Origin: Fimbriosthenelais zetlandica
Taxonomy: Eukaryota
Length of the DNA: 64,000 nt
Assembly: GCA_977030845.1 (NCBI GenBank)
Contig: OZ365109.1
Coordinates: forward strand, 53,568,001 to 53,632,000
Direction of reading: 5' to 3'
This document shows, piece after piece, positions 60,747 through 64,000 of the stretch (position 1 is the stretch's first letter; every line of letters starts with the position of its first letter). A model generated the notes under the pieces. That model saw nothing but the letters and a program-made list of their open reading frames with translations. It was not told the DNA's origin and did not search any database. A program made the translations under genes and the position numbers.

Positions 60747-63444
60747 CTAAAAGATTTCAGTTTCCTCACACTTTTTAACAGACTGTCGTTGGATAACAAC
60801 TTTCGATGTTTGGGAGTTCAATGTCTGGGTGGTACTAAATTTGGTGACAATACTCTGAACAGACAGAGAACTATCTGAATCTGAATGGACATCACCGTTA
60901 GTGGTGGGCGTCTGTGTCGGAGGTGTACTGTTTTGGTTTGGGTTGGGAAGTGGTGTCTTGGTACCTGTACCATTGACAGCACCCTGCTGTTGGCCTCCTT
61001 GTTTCTGCCAGACGATAGCATTGCCATTACCATTGGTGTTGGCAGCGGGGTTGTTTGCCTGTGGTACAGAGTGTCGAGCATTCTGCTGTTGTAACTGTTG
61101 CTGCTGACCCATGTTTTTTATGTGTTGTTGTTCCATCTGTATGAACTGCTGTTGGATCTCATGGACTGATTTCGGACGTTCTGTTTCCTCTTTTACGGTT
61201 TCGACTTCCGGAGCCTTGGACAAGTGACTGCTGCGTCGAACGGGGGGAGGCGGTGGTGTCTTTTTACCTTCTCTCATCTGAACGCCATCTTTGTTTGCTT
61301 TGGGGTTCCGTTTGACAGTCCCTGATTGGGAGTCTACACTGCTGGCGTTGCTCTCTGTGTCACTGCCCCCCGCCAGTTCGACTCTGACTGAGGACTCCTC
61401 TTTTATAGAGGAATCATGGAGGATCTTGGCAGCATTCACATGTTGGCCCTGAAGATCAGGCCGGTTGAGGTTAGCATAGATGCCTTCAGCAAGTTCTTGT
61501 TGGAACTTATTGAGTGGTCTCGTCCTGCTTTGTGGTCGGGGTATTTGCCCATTTTGAGTCATGACCATACCAGGAGGTGGCCCTCCTGCTGCACCATTCT
61601 CTGCCCCTTCCTGTTTGGTTGGAAAATTTTCAATATTTTCATAAGCTGGTGGAGAGACGCCTCTCCTGACAGGAGTACCTTGAGGTGATGAGACACGCAG
61701 TGAACTGCGACTACTTCTCCTGGGCGGTGGAGGTGGAGGTACTTTCTTATTTTTTTGATCAGGACTCGTGTCAATAATCTCAGTCACAGATGGACTAAAT
61801 GTGACATTCTTGGTTGGCGCATTGCTAACAGGGGTAGAGGTGCAGGAAGGTGGGGGCATTGGTGCTTTACCAGTGCCACCTATCTCCATGCCTCGATGAG
61901 GCGTATGCAACGAACTGGCTGTCATGTTGAACGATGTCAATCCTGGGCTGCCCGACACCACAGATGTAGATGGCTGCAGAGTCACTGCTGGACTCACTGC
62001 ATAATGACTACCCTCACTAGAAACAGTGATGTTAGCCGTGGTCTTAACAGATACCTGGCCCTCATGAACCTGACTGCTTGTGGTTACAATCACTTTGCTA
62101 CTATTCGAAGAATCATGCAACATAGTCCTTGGCGGCTTTTGGGGTGGATTCTGTGATGTCACTGGACTAGACTTGGATCCATTCTGCTGGTTCACGTCCT
62201 TCTGTTCAGGACTTGAAGCTTTCTGTTTTTTCGATTCGCTATCAGCGGAAGATTTCTCTGGCGATTCTTCCTTAGCTGGTGGTGCACTGTTTCCAGCACT
62301 ACTAAGTCTTTTTGTCGTATCAGTCAGGGGTATAAGTGGTTCCTTCCCATCTGAAACTAACTCTTGTTTCAAACCATTGAGCAGTTTTTCTTGTCGTTGT
62401 TGGACATATTCCATATTTTTGGTCTCACGTAATTGTTTCTGAGCTAGCTCCAGGGATTTCTCAAACCGTAGAGTTTCAGTATTAGAAACCAACCTCTTCT
62501 TCCTTTCTCTGTTACTCTCAGCATTCTGAAATAAATTTGCCATCATGTTCTTAATAATTTAAAATCTTAATCCGAAATCCTTCCTTTTAGACTTATTTCT
62601 AACTTATCTAACTTAGAGTATCTGCATCATCAATCAAAAGGCTGAAAGGTCAATATGGGTGTCAAATATCTGCAAAAATTACTTTTAATATTCACAAAAG
62701 CAGTTACAAATATCACTGAAAATTCAGCAACTTTTTTCCTTTTATAATTACCTCAAGACTTTGGACCCTAGCCTGGTGATCTGGGACCATTGCCTGAATG
62801 TTTTCTAACAAGTTTCTCTTGTCTGCCGAGGCCGGTTGAGTAACCACTGGTACTGTAATTGGCTGTGGGTTCTTTTCATCTTGGACAGAGGCTAGCCTGA
62901 TAACAAAACACATTGTATATTAATCCCTTCATACAGAATGATAAATTATGGAAATTCAAAGCAAGGTTGGGTAGGGTGAATAGTGATAGAATTCTTTTGT
63001 GATCTACGCATTTGTGATAAATGTAGAGAATACTGCAAGTATGCACGTGGATTACATAGAATATTTAACTGAATATATAGGCTAAAAGTGCAGGAAAGTA
63101 TGTTTACAAAGTACAATATCTTATTTGAACAGTTTGAAAGGGCACATTTCTAGGATGGCATGCATGAATCAAGAATACATCAACACTGAGGAAATCTAAA
63201 TCAATCGACTGAAAAAATAGATATAGTGGAAGAAGGAAAATATATTATTCCAACTGTTCTTTCCTTTAAAATTCGTTCAAATTTTACTTTTATTTTTTTA
63301 GCAACCATCACCGGTATGGCCAGCCACCAAAAGCATGGTTTATGGGATGTTTTTCCTCACCTCTTCAGAGTGTAAAGGGTACCCGTTAGTTTCTTGCATC
63401 GCTTTAATGAGGTATCAAGTCTCTGCGCTTCTAGTTGTATGTAC
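60747..63444 (-). CDS. 3' end (last three exons) of a KIAA1217/Sickle-tail - SRCIN1/p140Cap family scaffold protein
   Basis: Exons 63444-63361 (84 nt, EAQRLDTSLKRCKKLTGTLYTLKR), 62896-62752 (145 nt) and 62525-60747, joined in frame by GT-AG introns. ARVQSLENAESNRERKK...RFEKSLELAQ matches the recalled KIAA1217 block RAVSIEKAEKKWEEKR...EFEKLLEEAQ. Two PPPPP(P/V)RRS motifs are present. The gene continues beyond the window end. Confidence 0.8.
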
Positions 63445-64000
63445 CTATTAATAGTTCAATTAGCAAATATTTGCTTAGCAAATAGCTGTGACACTAATAT
63501 TTTATCCCGATTGTACCTAGCAGATTTTGCTGTGCCTTTAGAAACAAATTTCTAGACTTTTAGTGCAACATTAAGAAGTTACAGTGAGGAAAGTATGGCA
63601 AATCCAAGCATGAAGTATTAAGAAATTAAGAGTTGTTTTTGAAGCTGGTAAAACAAAAGCAAATGTCACTGATAAGTGAATAAAATGTTTAGAAGAGTCA
63701 AGGATTAGAGTATTAGACGAGTTAAAGAAATTAAACAAATTGAAAATGAAATAGACGCTAGGTATGGACAAAATAGCAAATTACAAGTCTTCAGTAACTG
63801 TTATTGCATCAACGACAATATACAAAAATATGTATACACAATCATAAAACAAGTACTATTATAGACACACTGCAATGACAATGATTTACAATTACAATAC
63901 TTGTGAGTACTTATAACAAAAACTATATTTAAATAACTCGAGTGTCTAGGACAATTACAGACAAATTCACAAGTTATATATCAAGATTATTTCATCAAGG

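Noticed and set aside
60818-62442. Multiple 60-130 aa ORFs overlapping the KIAA1217/SRCIN1-like terminal exon
   Set aside because: Shadow ORFs of a GC-richer, low-complexity coding exon.
1-64000. CRISPR arrays, rRNA, intact tRNA or snRNA genes, prokaryotic operons
   Set aside because: None seen. The window is intron-containing animal DNA with no regularly spaced repeat-spacer structure.

Overview
AT-rich eukaryotic (animal) genomic DNA with short GT-AG introns. A marine invertebrate, probably a lophotrochozoan and possibly an annelid, is my inference from the gene families and from abundant TAGGCCTA/TACATGTA palindromes. Five protein-coding genes can be reconstructed by eye: (1) an intronless, divergent XK-related (XKR) membrane protein (348-1958, -); (2) a 3-exon secreted three-finger/Ly6-uPAR-like protein with no GPI anchor (47617-49207, +); (3) a 6-exon 15-hydroxyprostaglandin-dehydrogenase-like SDR (49985-53029, -); (4) a 2-exon secreted Glu-rich protein with a 4-Cys chitin-binding-like C-terminus (54291-55326, -); (5) the last three exons of a KIAA1217(SKT)/SRCIN1-family scaffold gene (60747-63444, -; it continues beyond the window). 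There is also a young, 5'-truncated L1/Tx1-type LINE (16971-18781) with a 16-bp target-site duplication and two poly(A) tracts, consistent with a 3' transduction. The 2-47 kb interval holds no gene I can name, but it contains orphan promoter-like islands, several long stop-free splice-bounded segments, MITE-like ends and degenerate hammerhead-like motifs. The best leads are the toxin-precursor-like secreted three-finger protein, the acidic chitin-binding-like protein, a candidate 9-nt microexon in the SDR gene and the LINE 3' transduction. No database searches or folding computations were run; family assignments come from recalled motifs and counts are by eye.
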